A program made the position numbers and the translations under genes. Positions 8,460-17,281 of a stretch of DNA of 29,402 bases are shown here, piece after piece. Numbering within the stretch: position 1 is the first letter of the stretch; every line of letters starts with the position of its first letter. This DNA comes from a virus (lineage: Duplodnaviria; Caudoviricetes), in IMG/VR virus record IMGVR_UViG_3300028025_005807, positions 1-29,402 of that record; one strand, given 5' to 3'. Under the pieces are notes generated by a model. That model saw nothing but the letters and a program-made list of their open reading frames with translations. It was not told the DNA's origin and searched no databases.

Positions 8460-9382
8460 TTGGAGACAAAACTATATACTGTTTAAATAGCGCGGCGGTT
8501 GGAGATTTGATTGCTTCAGCTCCGAGTATTAAATTTGCTATTGAGAACTTTCATAAAAAATCCGAGTACTTTGTAGGAATTCACGAACATTTTAAGCCAT
8601 TATTTCCGTTTGTTCCAGAAGATCGTTTTATAGAGGTCAAGGCTGATTACGACAAGTCATTTGCGGTTAGACACTTGAATATGCTTGGAGTTGGAGGAAT
8701 GAATTGTAAGCTCACTCCTTCTAGAATAAAGCTTACAGAATACGCCTCTATTGGGCTTTTAGGCAGAGTTTTGCCGGAGCAACAGCTTAGGTACGTATCT
8801 CTTCCAAAAGTTGATATAAGCCATTTTGGGGTGGATTTTAGCAATTCTGTTATTATCATGACAACTTACAGAGATAAGCAAAGATCTATTCTAGCTTCTG
8901 AAATAGTTAAAATAGCTGAGTATGTGACTGCTAAAGGTCTAACTCCGGTTTATGCCGGAAAGACTGGTGCTATAAGCATTTGGAAAAACAGTCTTGCCAA
9001 AACAGATTTTGAATACCCTGGATTTGGGGTTAATCTAATGGATAAGACAAGTTTACTAGAACTTGCTACAATTATGGGACAAGCAAAAGCTGTCGTCGGA
9101 ATGGACTCTGGACCTATTCATCTAGCGTTTACAACAGAGGTTCCAGTTGTTTGTGGGTTTACTACAGTGGCTCCAGACCTTAGAATTCCCTACAGGGGAT
9201 TGGCTAAAACAGAAGTAGTAACTCCCGATATCTTTTGCAATTTCTGTGAGTCTAACTGGTCTTTGAATTCGTGGAATTTTCAGAAGTGTCCTAGACAAAT
9301 GGAGCTTGCGGAATGTGTTACTAAGATGACATCTGATAAGTTTATAAAAGCTTTAAACAAATTAAATATATTTAAACCCTGA
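8456..9382 (+). CDS. Glycosyltransferase family 9 (heptosyltransferase-like, GT-B fold)
   Basis: AVGDLI, KTSLLELA, VVGMDSGPIHLA, C-terminal CxxC..C; start set at ATG 8456 after AAGGA. Confidence 0.85.
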   Translation: MIGDKTIYCLNSAAVGDLIASAPSIKFAIENFHKKSEYFVGIHEHFKPLFPFVPEDRFIEVKADYDKSFAVRHLNMLGVGGMNCKLTPSRIKLTEYASIGLLGRVLPEQQLRYVSLPKVDISHFGVDFSNSVIIMTTYRDKQRSILASEIVKIAEYVTAKGLTPVYAGKTGAISIWKNSLAKTDFEYPGFGVNLMDKTSLLELATIMGQAKAVVGMDSGPIHLAFTTEVPVVCGFTTVAPDLRIPYRGLAKTEVVTPDIFCNFCESNWSLNSWNFQKCPRQMELAECVTKMTSDKFIKALNKLNIFKP

Positions 9383-9388
9383 GGTTGT

Positions 9389-9841
9389 ATGAGATTTATT
9401 AAGGATAAGGTTAAGATAATAATTATTGGACTAAGTTGTTTGTTAGTTGGTAAGTTTGTACTGCAGGATGATCCAATAGTTGTAGAAAAAGAAGTTATCG
9501 TTTATAAAGAAAGTACGCAAAGTAGTTCTCAGTCTAAAAAAACAACTACTACAAAAGAAGAAAAAAAACCAGACGGATCTTCAACAACAGAGACTACCGT
9601 TACAGAAGAAACTTCCAATCAGAACAGTACAGAGGTTGCCGTAGATAGAACCACTAGTCGAGAGACTTCAAAAGCATCAAAAGTAACCGTGGGAGTTTTA
9701 GCCCTAAAGGATCTAGATCAGTTTTCAAAAAATACCCATATTGGTATATTGACAAAAGCACCTTTAGTTGGTAATCTTTCTGTTATCGGTTCCTTTGATA
9801 CTACTAAAAGGGTAGGACTAGGCTTATCCCTGGAGTTCTAA
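9389..9841 (+). CDS. Membrane-anchored protein with S/T-rich linker and C-terminal beta strands
   Basis: N-terminal hydrophobic helix; T/S/E-rich middle; ends VGLGLSLEF. Confidence 0.65.
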   Translation: MRFIKDKVKIIIIGLSCLLVGKFVLQDDPIVVEKEVIVYKESTQSSSQSKKTTTTKEEKKPDGSSTTETTVTEETSNQNSTEVAVDRTTSRETSKASKVTVGVLALKDLDQFSKNTHIGILTKAPLVGNLSVIGSFDTTKRVGLGLSLEF

Positions 9842-10023
9842 TGTGGTGGATAGATCCAGAATATCATGAAATTGATAAAAAAGAAGACACTATTGCATGG
9901 AGACAACAAAGTTGTTATCACGATTGGAAGGAAACTATACTTATTTTGAGCAAAGTTTATGACTGCAAGAAATGTGGTGTCAAAAAAGAAGACTACGAAA
10001 AGTGGGAAAAGGAGAAGTTTTAA
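9841..10023 (+). CDS. Small zinc-ribbon-like protein
   Basis: CYHDW...CKKCG. Confidence 0.6.
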   Translation: MWWIDPEYHEIDKKEDTIAWRQQSCYHDWKETILILSKVYDCKKCGVKKEDYEKWEKEKF

Positions 10024-10204
10024 ATCCGGAGATATTTGGTATGACCCATTTTTACAAGAGTTCTATTTAATTACAAAAAAATATAAAACTGAGTTGCAGA
10101 TAAAATGGTTACATAAAGATCTTACTCAACAAGTTAGTTTTCAAGAATGTTTAGAGGATACTTTTGTTAGAACAATTTCTAGCTTAGAAAAGGAGCTTTT
10201 ATGA
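9959..10204 (+). CDS. Small KOW/SH3-like protein with SSLEKELL tail (tail family 8); start uncertain
   Basis: FKSGDIW motif; ends ISSLEKELL; ATGA overlap with next gene. Confidence 0.65.
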   Translation: MTARNVVSKKKTTKSGKRRSFKSGDIWYDPFLQEFYLITKKYKTELQIKWLHKDLTQQVSFQECLEDTFVRTISSLEKELL

Positions 10205-10827
10205 GTGTTAATAAATATGTAGATAAATATGGAAGATATCACGACAAGCCTTGTTTGAACACAGAATCCTCTTCTAACAACGGTTGGGTTTACACCGCCT
10301 ACGCTGAAAAGCTTGGACTTGAAATAAACTATCCTAAACTCGCTACATGTTTTAGTGGTTGTAAGATAGCTAACAAAGACTTAGGCAATGGTATAGCTTT
10401 AATCAGAAGTCCTAATAAAGAACTGCCCCCAATGTCTAGAGACGAAGTTCTTGGGATGGTTGCGCTAGGATTTTTAAAACAACATCACTTAAACGGTTGG
10501 AATTTTAGCCCATATCCAATTCCTAAGTTTAATCTATTCAAAACTATAAGCCAGTTTTTAGAGCTTCGTGGTAAGCACAGAAACTACCTATGGCAGAATA
10601 AACTAGAACATACTTATAGGTTTGCTTTTTCAGTTCCTCTTTCAGACAGACACTTCATTCTACAAAAATGGGGAAAATTTAATCCTCTATACTGGCTTGT
10701 GGCTAAAGTAGACTCTATGATTGGAAATCCTACAAACGGAATTCCTTGGCTAAAGTATGGTGGACCTAAGAGAGAAATAGCTATGCAGTCAGAATTTCCA
10801 GAAGATCATCCATTAAGGAAATTATGA
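10201..10827 (+). CDS. Hypothetical protein
   Basis: 208-aa ORF with AAGGAG SD. Confidence 0.75.
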   Translation: MSVNKYVDKYGRYHDKPCLNTESSSNNGWVYTAYAEKLGLEINYPKLATCFSGCKIANKDLGNGIALIRSPNKELPPMSRDEVLGMVALGFLKQHHLNGWNFSPYPIPKFNLFKTISQFLELRGKHRNYLWQNKLEHTYRFAFSVPLSDRHFILQKWGKFNPLYWLVAKVDSMIGNPTNGIPWLKYGGPKREIAMQSEFPEDHPLRKL

Positions 10828-11075
10828 TTTTAAAATTTAAAGCTTTTATTTACAGATTTTCTAATATATTTGGATTACATATATACCTAGCCAAGCGAGA
10901 AGAAAGATTGTATTTAGAAACTTTAGAATTTTCTGATTACTTGGATAAGAGTATATCCTCTGGACTTTGGCAAGCTCTTAATGGTTTTACTACCGTATGG
11001 AGTTATAAAATGCCGTGGTATAAAGCATTTATAGCTAAGATTAAACATGCTTTTGATTTTAGGAGTTATGAATGA
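10824..11075 (+). CDS. Hypothetical protein
   Basis: 83-aa ORF overlapping neighbours at both ends. Confidence 0.6.
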   Translation: MILKFKAFIYRFSNIFGLHIYLAKREERLYLETLEFSDYLDKSISSGLWQALNGFTTVWSYKMPWYKAFIAKIKHAFDFRSYE

Positions 11076-11458
11076 TTACTTGGAAAAAAGGCACTTACAA
11101 GAAACTTTCCAAATATTTCTCCAGTAAAGAATTTGAAAACTCCACTGATAAAGAATTTTATCTTGATCCAGTTTTATTAGAAAAGCTAGATCTTGTCAGA
11201 GAAGAGTTTGGAGAATCTCTAACAATTACATCTGGTTATCGTTCCCCAGCCCACAATGCTAAGATTGGTGGAGCCCCCTCTAGTCAGCACTGTCTTGGCA
11301 AAGCCGTAGATATTCGTCCGTCAGCAAGTTCTAAAGAAAAGCTTGACAAATTATATTTAATATGCGAAAACTATTTCGAAGCCGTGGGTGATGGTAGGAA
11401 TAAGGGATTCATTCACGTAGATACCAGAACTGGAAAAAAAAGGCGATGGGATTACTAA
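11072..11458 (+). CDS. Peptidase M15A-family endolysin (Zn peptidase)
   Basis: SGYRSPAHN, SSQHCLGKAVDI, FIHVD motifs. Confidence 0.9.
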   Translation: MITWKKGTYKKLSKYFSSKEFENSTDKEFYLDPVLLEKLDLVREEFGESLTITSGYRSPAHNAKIGGAPSSQHCLGKAVDIRPSASSKEKLDKLYLICENYFEAVGDGRNKGFIHVDTRTGKKRRWDY

Positions 11459-11589
11459 TGAGACAACCTGATTATCACGAAGAAAGAGTTAAGCTACAAA
11501 GATTTCAAGCAAAACTACACATAGCACAAGTCATAATTCAGTTCCTAACGTTCGTATCAACACTAATATTATTGGCAAGTAAACTATAA
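11458..11589 (+). CDS. 43-aa protein with C-terminal hydrophobic helix (not in the ORF track)
   Basis: MRQPDYHEER...IAQVIIQFLTFVSTLILLASKL; TAATG overlaps at both ends. Confidence 0.55.
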   Translation: MRQPDYHEERVKLQRFQAKLHIAQVIIQFLTFVSTLILLASKL

Positions 11590-11888
11590 TGATAACAATG
11601 ACTGTACTGGCTATTTTACTAACTGCTAATATGTTATTATTACACTTTGATAAAATAGTACAACTTTACTACTTTCTTTATAAGAAACTAATACCACCTC
11701 GTTTTAAAGTAGACGAATTAGTAATGATAGATAATGTAGAGTATAGAGTATTGCATGTAGCAAAAAGTTACAGACCTTATACATATTTTTGTTTACCTAG
11801 TAATGGATACCATGGTAGAATGCCAGAAGCTTACTTTCATGAGTCAAGAATTAAAAAGAAGACTGGATTATTAAAGGAGTTAGAGTGA
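11589..11888 (+). CDS. Membrane-anchored KOW/SH3-like protein with TGLLKELE tail (tail family 9)
   Basis: N-terminal hydrophobic segment, RFKVDELV, ends KTGLLKELE; GTGA overlap. Confidence 0.65.
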   Translation: MITMTVLAILLTANMLLLHFDKIVQLYYFLYKKLIPPRFKVDELVMIDNVEYRVLHVAKSYRPYTYFCLPSNGYHGRMPEAYFHESRIKKKTGLLKELE

Positions 11889-12697
11889 AAAAAGAATGGA
11901 GCAATAAGGAAATAACCTTCGTACTTAATGAGTACAAGAAAGGTTATTCTAGATTTGAAATTGCAAAGAAATTTAGAATTAAATTTAGTTACACTAGATC
12001 TCCGGATTCTATTAAACATGCAATTGATGTATATGCTTTAGGTGTAGAAAGAGAATTGCCTAAAGTGTTACTGGTCGATATTGAAACAAAGCCTAAGAAA
12101 TCATGGCATTGGGGTGTGTGGCAACAAAATCTCAGCCATAATATGATGATTGAGGACGGAGCTATTCTTTCTTGGTCGGCTAAGTGGATTGGGGAAAAAG
12201 AAGTTTTCTATAAAGATCAGCGTGGAAATGAAAAAGATCTAATGAATGAAAAAGAGCTTTTAAAACCATTAGTTAAACTTATGGGAGAAGCTGATATTAT
12301 TATTTGGCAAAATGGAGATGGGTTTGATTACGGAGAAATTAATAATCGAATTGCAGAGCATAAGCTACCTATTCCAGAAGAGTACAAAACTATAGATACT
12401 AAGAAAATTGCTAAAAGACATTTACGACTACCTTGGTATAGTTTAGCCTATATGACTGAGCGATTTAATAAGAAATATAAAAAACAATCTCATAAGGAAT
12501 TTCCGGGATTTGAACTTTGGGAACAGACTATGAAGGGTAATAGAAAAGCCTGGGAATGTATGAAGAAATACAACCAATTTGATGTGCTTAGTATGGAAGA
12601 GCTTTTTGTAGAAACTCTTGCTAAGTTTGCTAGGGGTAACGCTAGAGTAGCTGATGCAATAAGAGCTTATGAGGCTGTGGTAAAGAATAAAAAATAA
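11885..12697 (+). CDS. DnaQ/RNase H-like 3'-5' exonuclease with putative N-terminal HTH
   Basis: VDIET, NGDGFD, IDT, YNQFDV (DEDDy pattern). Confidence 0.82.
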   Translation: MKKEWSNKEITFVLNEYKKGYSRFEIAKKFRIKFSYTRSPDSIKHAIDVYALGVERELPKVLLVDIETKPKKSWHWGVWQQNLSHNMMIEDGAILSWSAKWIGEKEVFYKDQRGNEKDLMNEKELLKPLVKLMGEADIIIWQNGDGFDYGEINNRIAEHKLPIPEEYKTIDTKKIAKRHLRLPWYSLAYMTERFNKKYKKQSHKEFPGFELWEQTMKGNRKAWECMKKYNQFDVLSMEELFVETLAKFARGNARVADAIRAYEAVVKNKK

Positions 12698-12715
12698 ACT
12701 TATAAAAAGGTTACA

Positions 12716-12967
12716 ATGTCTTATAACATAGACGGTAAAATAGTTAATCAGCCAGTTAGAAAGAAAATGGACGGTCAGGTGGTTTGTGGAAGGTGTTCGG
12801 TAGTTATAAAAGCACCTTCTAAAATAGTTATGAGTTTATCAGCCCAAAAGGCTATTTTTATAAATCACTACATTGGGAGTGATTTTTATATACACGAAAC
12901 TAAAAAAGGATATGCTGTTATGTACTGCTCTGACGAGTGTAGAAAAAGACATAACCATAGGTATTAA
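12716..12967 (+). CDS. Putative zinc-binding protein
   Basis: CGRC...YCSDEC. Confidence 0.6.
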   Translation: MSYNIDGKIVNQPVRKKMDGQVVCGRCSVVIKAPSKIVMSLSAQKAIFINHYIGSDFYIHETKKGYAVMYCSDECRKRHNHRY

Positions 12968-12969
12968 TT

Positions 12970-13155
12970 ATGAAACAAGGCGTTTACATTAATCTTAAAA
13001 ATGATCGTGGTGATCTTTGCTATTTTAATGGTGAAAAGCTTGAGATGCTCGAAGAGCTGTCTCTCATAGAATTCGAAGTTGACATTGATTATAATTTGAA
13101 TGATAATGCTATAACTGCTAATTTTTCTAAATTAGAATATCTAGGGAAATTATAA
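12970..13155 (+). CDS. Hypothetical protein
   Basis: 61-aa packed ORF. Confidence 0.55.
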   Translation: MKQGVYINLKNDRGDLCYFNGEKLEMLEELSLIEFEVDIDYNLNDNAITANFSKLEYLGKL

Positions 13156-13499
13156 TGGCTAGTAATAAATTTGTATCCAGAATTATTAAAGGCTCAGAAT
13201 GGCATTTTTATCTTGAGTCTGGAAGCACTTACAAAAGAAAACATGGTTCAGACTCTGATGCTATTACTTACGTAAAAGAACGAGAAGTGTATTTCAATCG
13301 TCCGGGATTTGATACGAGTGCAGTGAGGCATGAACTATTCCACATATACATTTCAGAAAGTAACACTAACTCATCTCCAGATTTTACAAAAGATGACATG
13401 GAAGATTTAGGTGCTGAGATAGTTGGCGAGTTTGGACCATTGATCGTACAAGAAGCTGATTTTATACACAACAAACTTTTGGTGCTGAATAAAAAATGA
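13155..13499 (+). CDS. Small HExxH metallopeptidase-like protein
   Basis: VRHELFH motif with downstream acidic residues. Confidence 0.6.
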   Translation: MASNKFVSRIIKGSEWHFYLESGSTYKRKHGSDSDAITYVKEREVYFNRPGFDTSAVRHELFHIYISESNTNSSPDFTKDDMEDLGAEIVGEFGPLIVQEADFIHNKLLVLNKK

Positions 13500-13729
13500 T
13501 CGTAAAAACTATATTTAAAATTCATAGACTTGTATTTAGAAAGCCTTCAAAGTCTAATGTAAGAATGGCTTTAGAACAAAAGCAGTATATGTATGATCTA
13601 TCTTGGAGAGTTGGAATGTTGTACATTTGTGGAGAAAGTGTAGAAGGTATTTCTGAATGGCTTTCTGTAGAAGAGAGGGATATTATCAGTATGTTAAATA
13701 AATTAGCAGATGAGGTAAAGTATGAATAA
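13496..13729 (+). CDS. Hypothetical protein, possible HTH
   Basis: GESVEGISEWLSVEERDI resembles a helix-turn-helix. Confidence 0.45.
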   Translation: MIVKTIFKIHRLVFRKPSKSNVRMALEQKQYMYDLSWRVGMLYICGESVEGISEWLSVEERDIISMLNKLADEVKYE

Positions 13730-14141
13730 TGGAGTTCACTCTACTTGTGGAATTTTAGTGGTTGGAGATTTTGTAAAATTTAACTACCCATCTGGTTTAA
13801 AAAATGGTAGAATTACAGCCATAGTTGAGGGTATAAATAGCATATCCCTTTCAATATACTGCACTGATGATACTGGAGCATATACACTTACTGTACCACA
13901 CTATAGCGTTGTAGACTTAGTTAAAAAGGGGTTAAAGTTGGAAGACATTAAAAAGCCTGATAGATATAATAAGCGCGGAAAATTAGAGTGCTGGGACGTT
14001 ATTCTAGATCAGGAAATGAATTTCTTGGAAGGCAATGTTTTAAAATATTTGTGGCGTTATAAAGAAAAGAATGGCATTGAAGATTTAAAAAAAGCTAAGG
14101 TTTATTTGGACAAGCTTATTTCCGAGGTTGAAAAGAAATGA
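13722..14141 (+). CDS. DUF3310-family protein with N-terminal KOW/SH3-like domain
   Basis: PDRY..ECWD..FLEGNVLKYLWRYKEKNGIEDLKKAKVYL; N-terminal LVVGDFV..GRITAI. Confidence 0.8.
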   Translation: MNNGVHSTCGILVVGDFVKFNYPSGLKNGRITAIVEGINSISLSIYCTDDTGAYTLTVPHYSVVDLVKKGLKLEDIKKPDRYNKRGKLECWDVILDQEMNFLEGNVLKYLWRYKEKNGIEDLKKAKVYLDKLISEVEKK

Positions 14142-14311
14142 GATTAATCAAATGCACTACAAGTTTCTTAATAGGCTTTTACATAAGCTTTCTTGTAATG
14201 ATGATTGTCTCAGCCTATGTAATAACTACTGAGTTTGTTTCTAAAACTAGTCTTAAGACAAAACTTGTTTATATTGATGGAAGGGTATATGAAGTTAAGG
14301 AACAAAGATAA
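14138..14311 (+). CDS. 57-aa membrane protein (not in the ORF track)
   Basis: FLIGFYISFLVMMIVSAYVI; ATGA overlap. Confidence 0.55.
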   Translation: MRLIKCTTSFLIGFYISFLVMMIVSAYVITTEFVSKTSLKTKLVYIDGRVYEVKEQR

Positions 14312-14357
14312 ACTTATTTCATATCTATAATATACAACTACGCCATAAAGGAAACAA

Positions 14358-14642
14358 ATGGGAAGGAATCGCAAACCGAGTTTGGAAATAGAGTATGAAC
14401 TTGAAAGAGAAGTTAAGGACTTAAAGCAGGAAGTAGCTAAATTAAAAAAGATGTTGCGTAATTTAGAGAAGTCGAATAAAATAGAAAAAGTTGAGGAAGA
14501 TAAGGTTGTAGTAAAAGTAAAAAAGCCAGTAACAAAAGAATGTCCGAATTGTGGAGCTGTATTAAAGATATCAGATTTGCCTTTTGGAAAACTTGAAATT
14601 TGTGAAACTGGATGTGGTTATAGGAGTGTATTAAAAAAATGA
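14358..14642 (+). CDS. Coiled-coil plus zinc-ribbon protein
   Basis: Heptad pattern followed by CPNCG...CETGCGY. Confidence 0.65.
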   Translation: MGRNRKPSLEIEYELEREVKDLKQEVAKLKKMLRNLEKSNKIEKVEEDKVVVKVKKPVTKECPNCGAVLKISDLPFGKLEICETGCGYRSVLKK

Positions 14643-14812
14643 ATGAAAATCCAACAAAAGTAAAATGTTTAAATTGTGGAGATGTAATATTCTCCAGAAC
14701 TTATGGTCAGTTTGTTAGCTGTAAATGTAATAAGGTGGCTGTCGATGAGACTTCTTATTATATGAGAATACTAGGTGATAAATATGAAATAGTGGAGGAA
14801 GTAAATGAGTAA
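14639..14812 (+). CDS. 57-aa zinc-ribbon protein (not in the ORF track)
   Basis: KCLNCGDVI...SCKC; ATGA overlap. Confidence 0.65.
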   Translation: MNENPTKVKCLNCGDVIFSRTYGQFVSCKCNKVAVDETSYYMRILGDKYEIVEEVNE

Positions 14813-15221
14813 TGTGGTTAAAGGTGTTAGAATAACTTTAGAGCAAGTGTTAAATAGCGAAGCAGTAAGTGCGTCTAACGCAGACTTTGTTACGCCAAAA
14901 AAAGCTACCATACTATCCAATAATTCTGGGACGCTTATTCAAACAGAGGACGATAAATTATACATAGCCACTGTTGGAAATTGGTTTAGAAGCAGTTTCA
15001 ATGGAAAGGCAATTCCTCAGGTTGATGAGTTTAATAAGCTACAAGATATGGGGTTAACTGCTATTAAAGATAAAGTTGTAAGACATGAAGAAAAGTCTAA
15101 GGTAGAAGAAAAGAAAGTGGAGAAGTCAGATGGACAAGAAGTTCGAAGCCAAAATAATGTCATCCCTAAGAAAATTGACAAAGCAGTGGCCTCCAATACT
15201 AAAAGCGAAAAGAAAAACTAA
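14805..15221 (+). CDS. Hypothetical protein
   Basis: GGAGG SD, 138 aa. Confidence 0.7.
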   Translation: MSNVVKGVRITLEQVLNSEAVSASNADFVTPKKATILSNNSGTLIQTEDDKLYIATVGNWFRSSFNGKAIPQVDEFNKLQDMGLTAIKDKVVRHEEKSKVEEKKVEKSDGQEVRSQNNVIPKKIDKAVASNTKSEKKN

Positions 15222-15525
15222 GATTGGTCCAGAACTGCACCAGTGCCCCCTTTGTCAGCAAATTATCTATACTGGAAAACGTTCCATAGACGCAATACAG
15301 GTTGATCATCCAGCAGCTATTGCTGGTAGAATGGATGTAGATCACATAGATCCGGTTATACCTGTGGAAGATTCTGGAAAAGCTAAAGATTGGAATAAAA
15401 TAATACAGCGGCTATTTTGTGAAGAAGATAACGTGCAATCAATATGTTGGCTCTGTCACAAAAGTAAAAGTTTAGCTGAACGTGGCGATAGGGCAAAAGC
15501 CAGAAAAGAAAATAAAAAATATTAA
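15130..15525 (+). CDS. HNH endonuclease
   Basis: CPLC...VDHIDP...NVQSICWLCH..K. Confidence 0.85.
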   Translation: MDKKFEAKIMSSLRKLTKQWPPILKAKRKTKIGPELHQCPLCQQIIYTGKRSIDAIQVDHPAAIAGRMDVDHIDPVIPVEDSGKAKDWNKIIQRLFCEEDNVQSICWLCHKSKSLAERGDRAKARKENKKY

Positions 15526-15534
15526 AAATAAATA

Positions 15535-15563
15535 TTGTTTTTTATTATCACCTATGTTATAAA
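15535..15563 (+). promoter_or_regulatory. Putative sigma70-type promoter upstream of the clpP-like gene
   Basis: TTGTTT-N17-TATAAA with extended -10 TG, in an AT-rich gap. Confidence 0.5.
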
Positions 15564-15608
15564 ATTATTACAAACAATAGTGTTTGATTATTATTATTTG
15601 GAGAATTC

Positions 15609-16388
15609 ATGCGTAAACTTTTAATCCCATTAACTTTATTATGCAGTACGGCATTTGCAAAGCCAGTAGATATTGTATTAACGGAAAGAAATTCAGTTTC
15701 ATTTAATCAAGCTTTTACTAGTGAATACGTTGCTAAAAAACAATTAGAAATCTTTTCTAAAAATAATATGTTAGCTAGATCAGAACCTATTTATCTTGTT
15801 ATGGATACTCCGGGAGGATCAGTCGTAGCTGGATTAAATTTTATTGATAGCCTTAAAAGCCTTAAAAGACCAATTCATACTGTTACTTTATTCGCAGCAT
15901 CTATGGGTTATCAAGTCGTTCAAGAACTTGGAACAAGATATATTACTCCATCAGGGACTCTAATGAGTCATAGAGGGGCTGTATCTGGTATTGGTGGACA
16001 GATTCCTGGAGAGCTTAATTCCAGACTTGGCTATATTCAAGGGCTTTTAGAACAAATGAATAGGAAGGCAGCTTCTAGATTAAAGACCGATGTTGAAGCG
16101 TATAAATCTTCTATCGTTAATGAATTGTGGATTTTTGGTCAACAAGCCGTAGACACTAGAAACGCAGACGCAGTAGCAGATGTAAGATGTGATAAGAAAT
16201 TAGTTGAGGGAAGATATATCCAACAATTTAATACTATCTTTGGTTCTGCAGAAGTGGCGTTTTCTAAATGTCCTCTAATCTCTGGACCTATTGGATTTTC
16301 TTTTTCTAAAGAATTCAAGTCTCAGAATAGAGGAAGCTTTATTAAGAAAGTTCAGTCTAGTAAAAGAAGAATTCATTTAAACTTTTAA
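15609..16388 (+). CDS. clpP: ClpP-like (S14) serine protease with apparent signal peptide
   Basis: DTPGGSV..G, AASMG (Ser), LMSH (His); N-terminus MRKLLIPLTLLCSTAFA. Confidence 0.8.
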   Translation: MRKLLIPLTLLCSTAFAKPVDIVLTERNSVSFNQAFTSEYVAKKQLEIFSKNNMLARSEPIYLVMDTPGGSVVAGLNFIDSLKSLKRPIHTVTLFAASMGYQVVQELGTRYITPSGTLMSHRGAVSGIGGQIPGELNSRLGYIQGLLEQMNRKAASRLKTDVEAYKSSIVNELWIFGQQAVDTRNADAVADVRCDKKLVEGRYIQQFNTIFGSAEVAFSKCPLISGPIGFSFSKEFKSQNRGSFIKKVQSSKRRIHLNF

Positions 16389-16395
16389 GGTATAT

Positions 16396-16761
16396 ATGGG
16401 AAAGTCAATTGAGGAATTGTTAAAGCTTATAGAAGAAAAGCCTAAGACTGGAAGAAAAAGTAAAGAAGATAACAGAGATGTTGTTGACTTTATAAACGAC
16501 TTAGGTGTAGAATCTGGAACTGAAGCAATTCCCAATTACTTAATATTTTATGTGTATCGCTGTATTTGGAGAGCTGACCAGTCTAAGAAGAAAGCTAAAA
16601 AAATAACTTTCTTTCAAACTTTTGGAAAGCATTTTCCTGACTATAGAAAAAATCACCAAAGATATTATATGTTAAAACCGGGAATATTTAATGCTAATGA
16701 GGAAGTTCTAAAGGCTGCTAAACAATATGACAAACAACACTGGCAAAGTAAAAAAGCATAA
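16396..16761 (+). CDS. Hypothetical basic protein
   Basis: 121-aa ORF with AAGG SD. Confidence 0.7.
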   Translation: MGKSIEELLKLIEEKPKTGRKSKEDNRDVVDFINDLGVESGTEAIPNYLIFYVYRCIWRADQSKKKAKKITFFQTFGKHFPDYRKNHQRYYMLKPGIFNANEEVLKAAKQYDKQHWQSKKA

Positions 16762-17281
16762 AAAGAAATTTCAGTTTATAAATGGAAAGGGTGCTAGAGC
16801 GCACAGAAAAGAGTTCATTGAAACTTCATACACAAATGGAGTTTTGAATGAATACGGCGATCAAGTTATCAGACCTATGAATAAGCAAGAAATTGAATGG
16901 CTTGACAAGTTTTATAAAGAATTTGTACATAGCACTTTTACTACTGACGATGAGTCAATGAAGCTTTTTAAAAAAGCAAAAGCATTGACTAAAAAGAAAG
17001 AGAATGTTAACTTCTATAAAAAGAATGGATTCTTTCCAGAAGATGTCCAAACGGCTATAGATTCATTTAATGCAAAAAGTAAATCTCTTGGTAACTTAGC
17101 ATGGGATTTTTGGCAACAAAGAGATATTAATTCTGACGACTATAAGAGACGATACGATATTCAAAATAATTGCTCGAAAGGCGTTCAGATTGAATCTTTT
17201 GAAGACATACAAAACATAGCTGATTTAGATGAGTATGGTGATACAAAAATAGAAGATTTAATTACAGAGAGTGAAGAATGA
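16727..17281 (+). CDS. Hypothetical protein
   Basis: 184-aa ORF. Confidence 0.7.
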   Translation: MTNNTGKVKKHKKKFQFINGKGARAHRKEFIETSYTNGVLNEYGDQVIRPMNKQEIEWLDKFYKEFVHSTFTTDDESMKLFKKAKALTKKKENVNFYKKNGFFPEDVQTAIDSFNAKSKSLGNLAWDFWQQRDINSDDYKRRYDIQNNCSKGVQIESFEDIQNIADLDEYGDTKIEDLITESEE

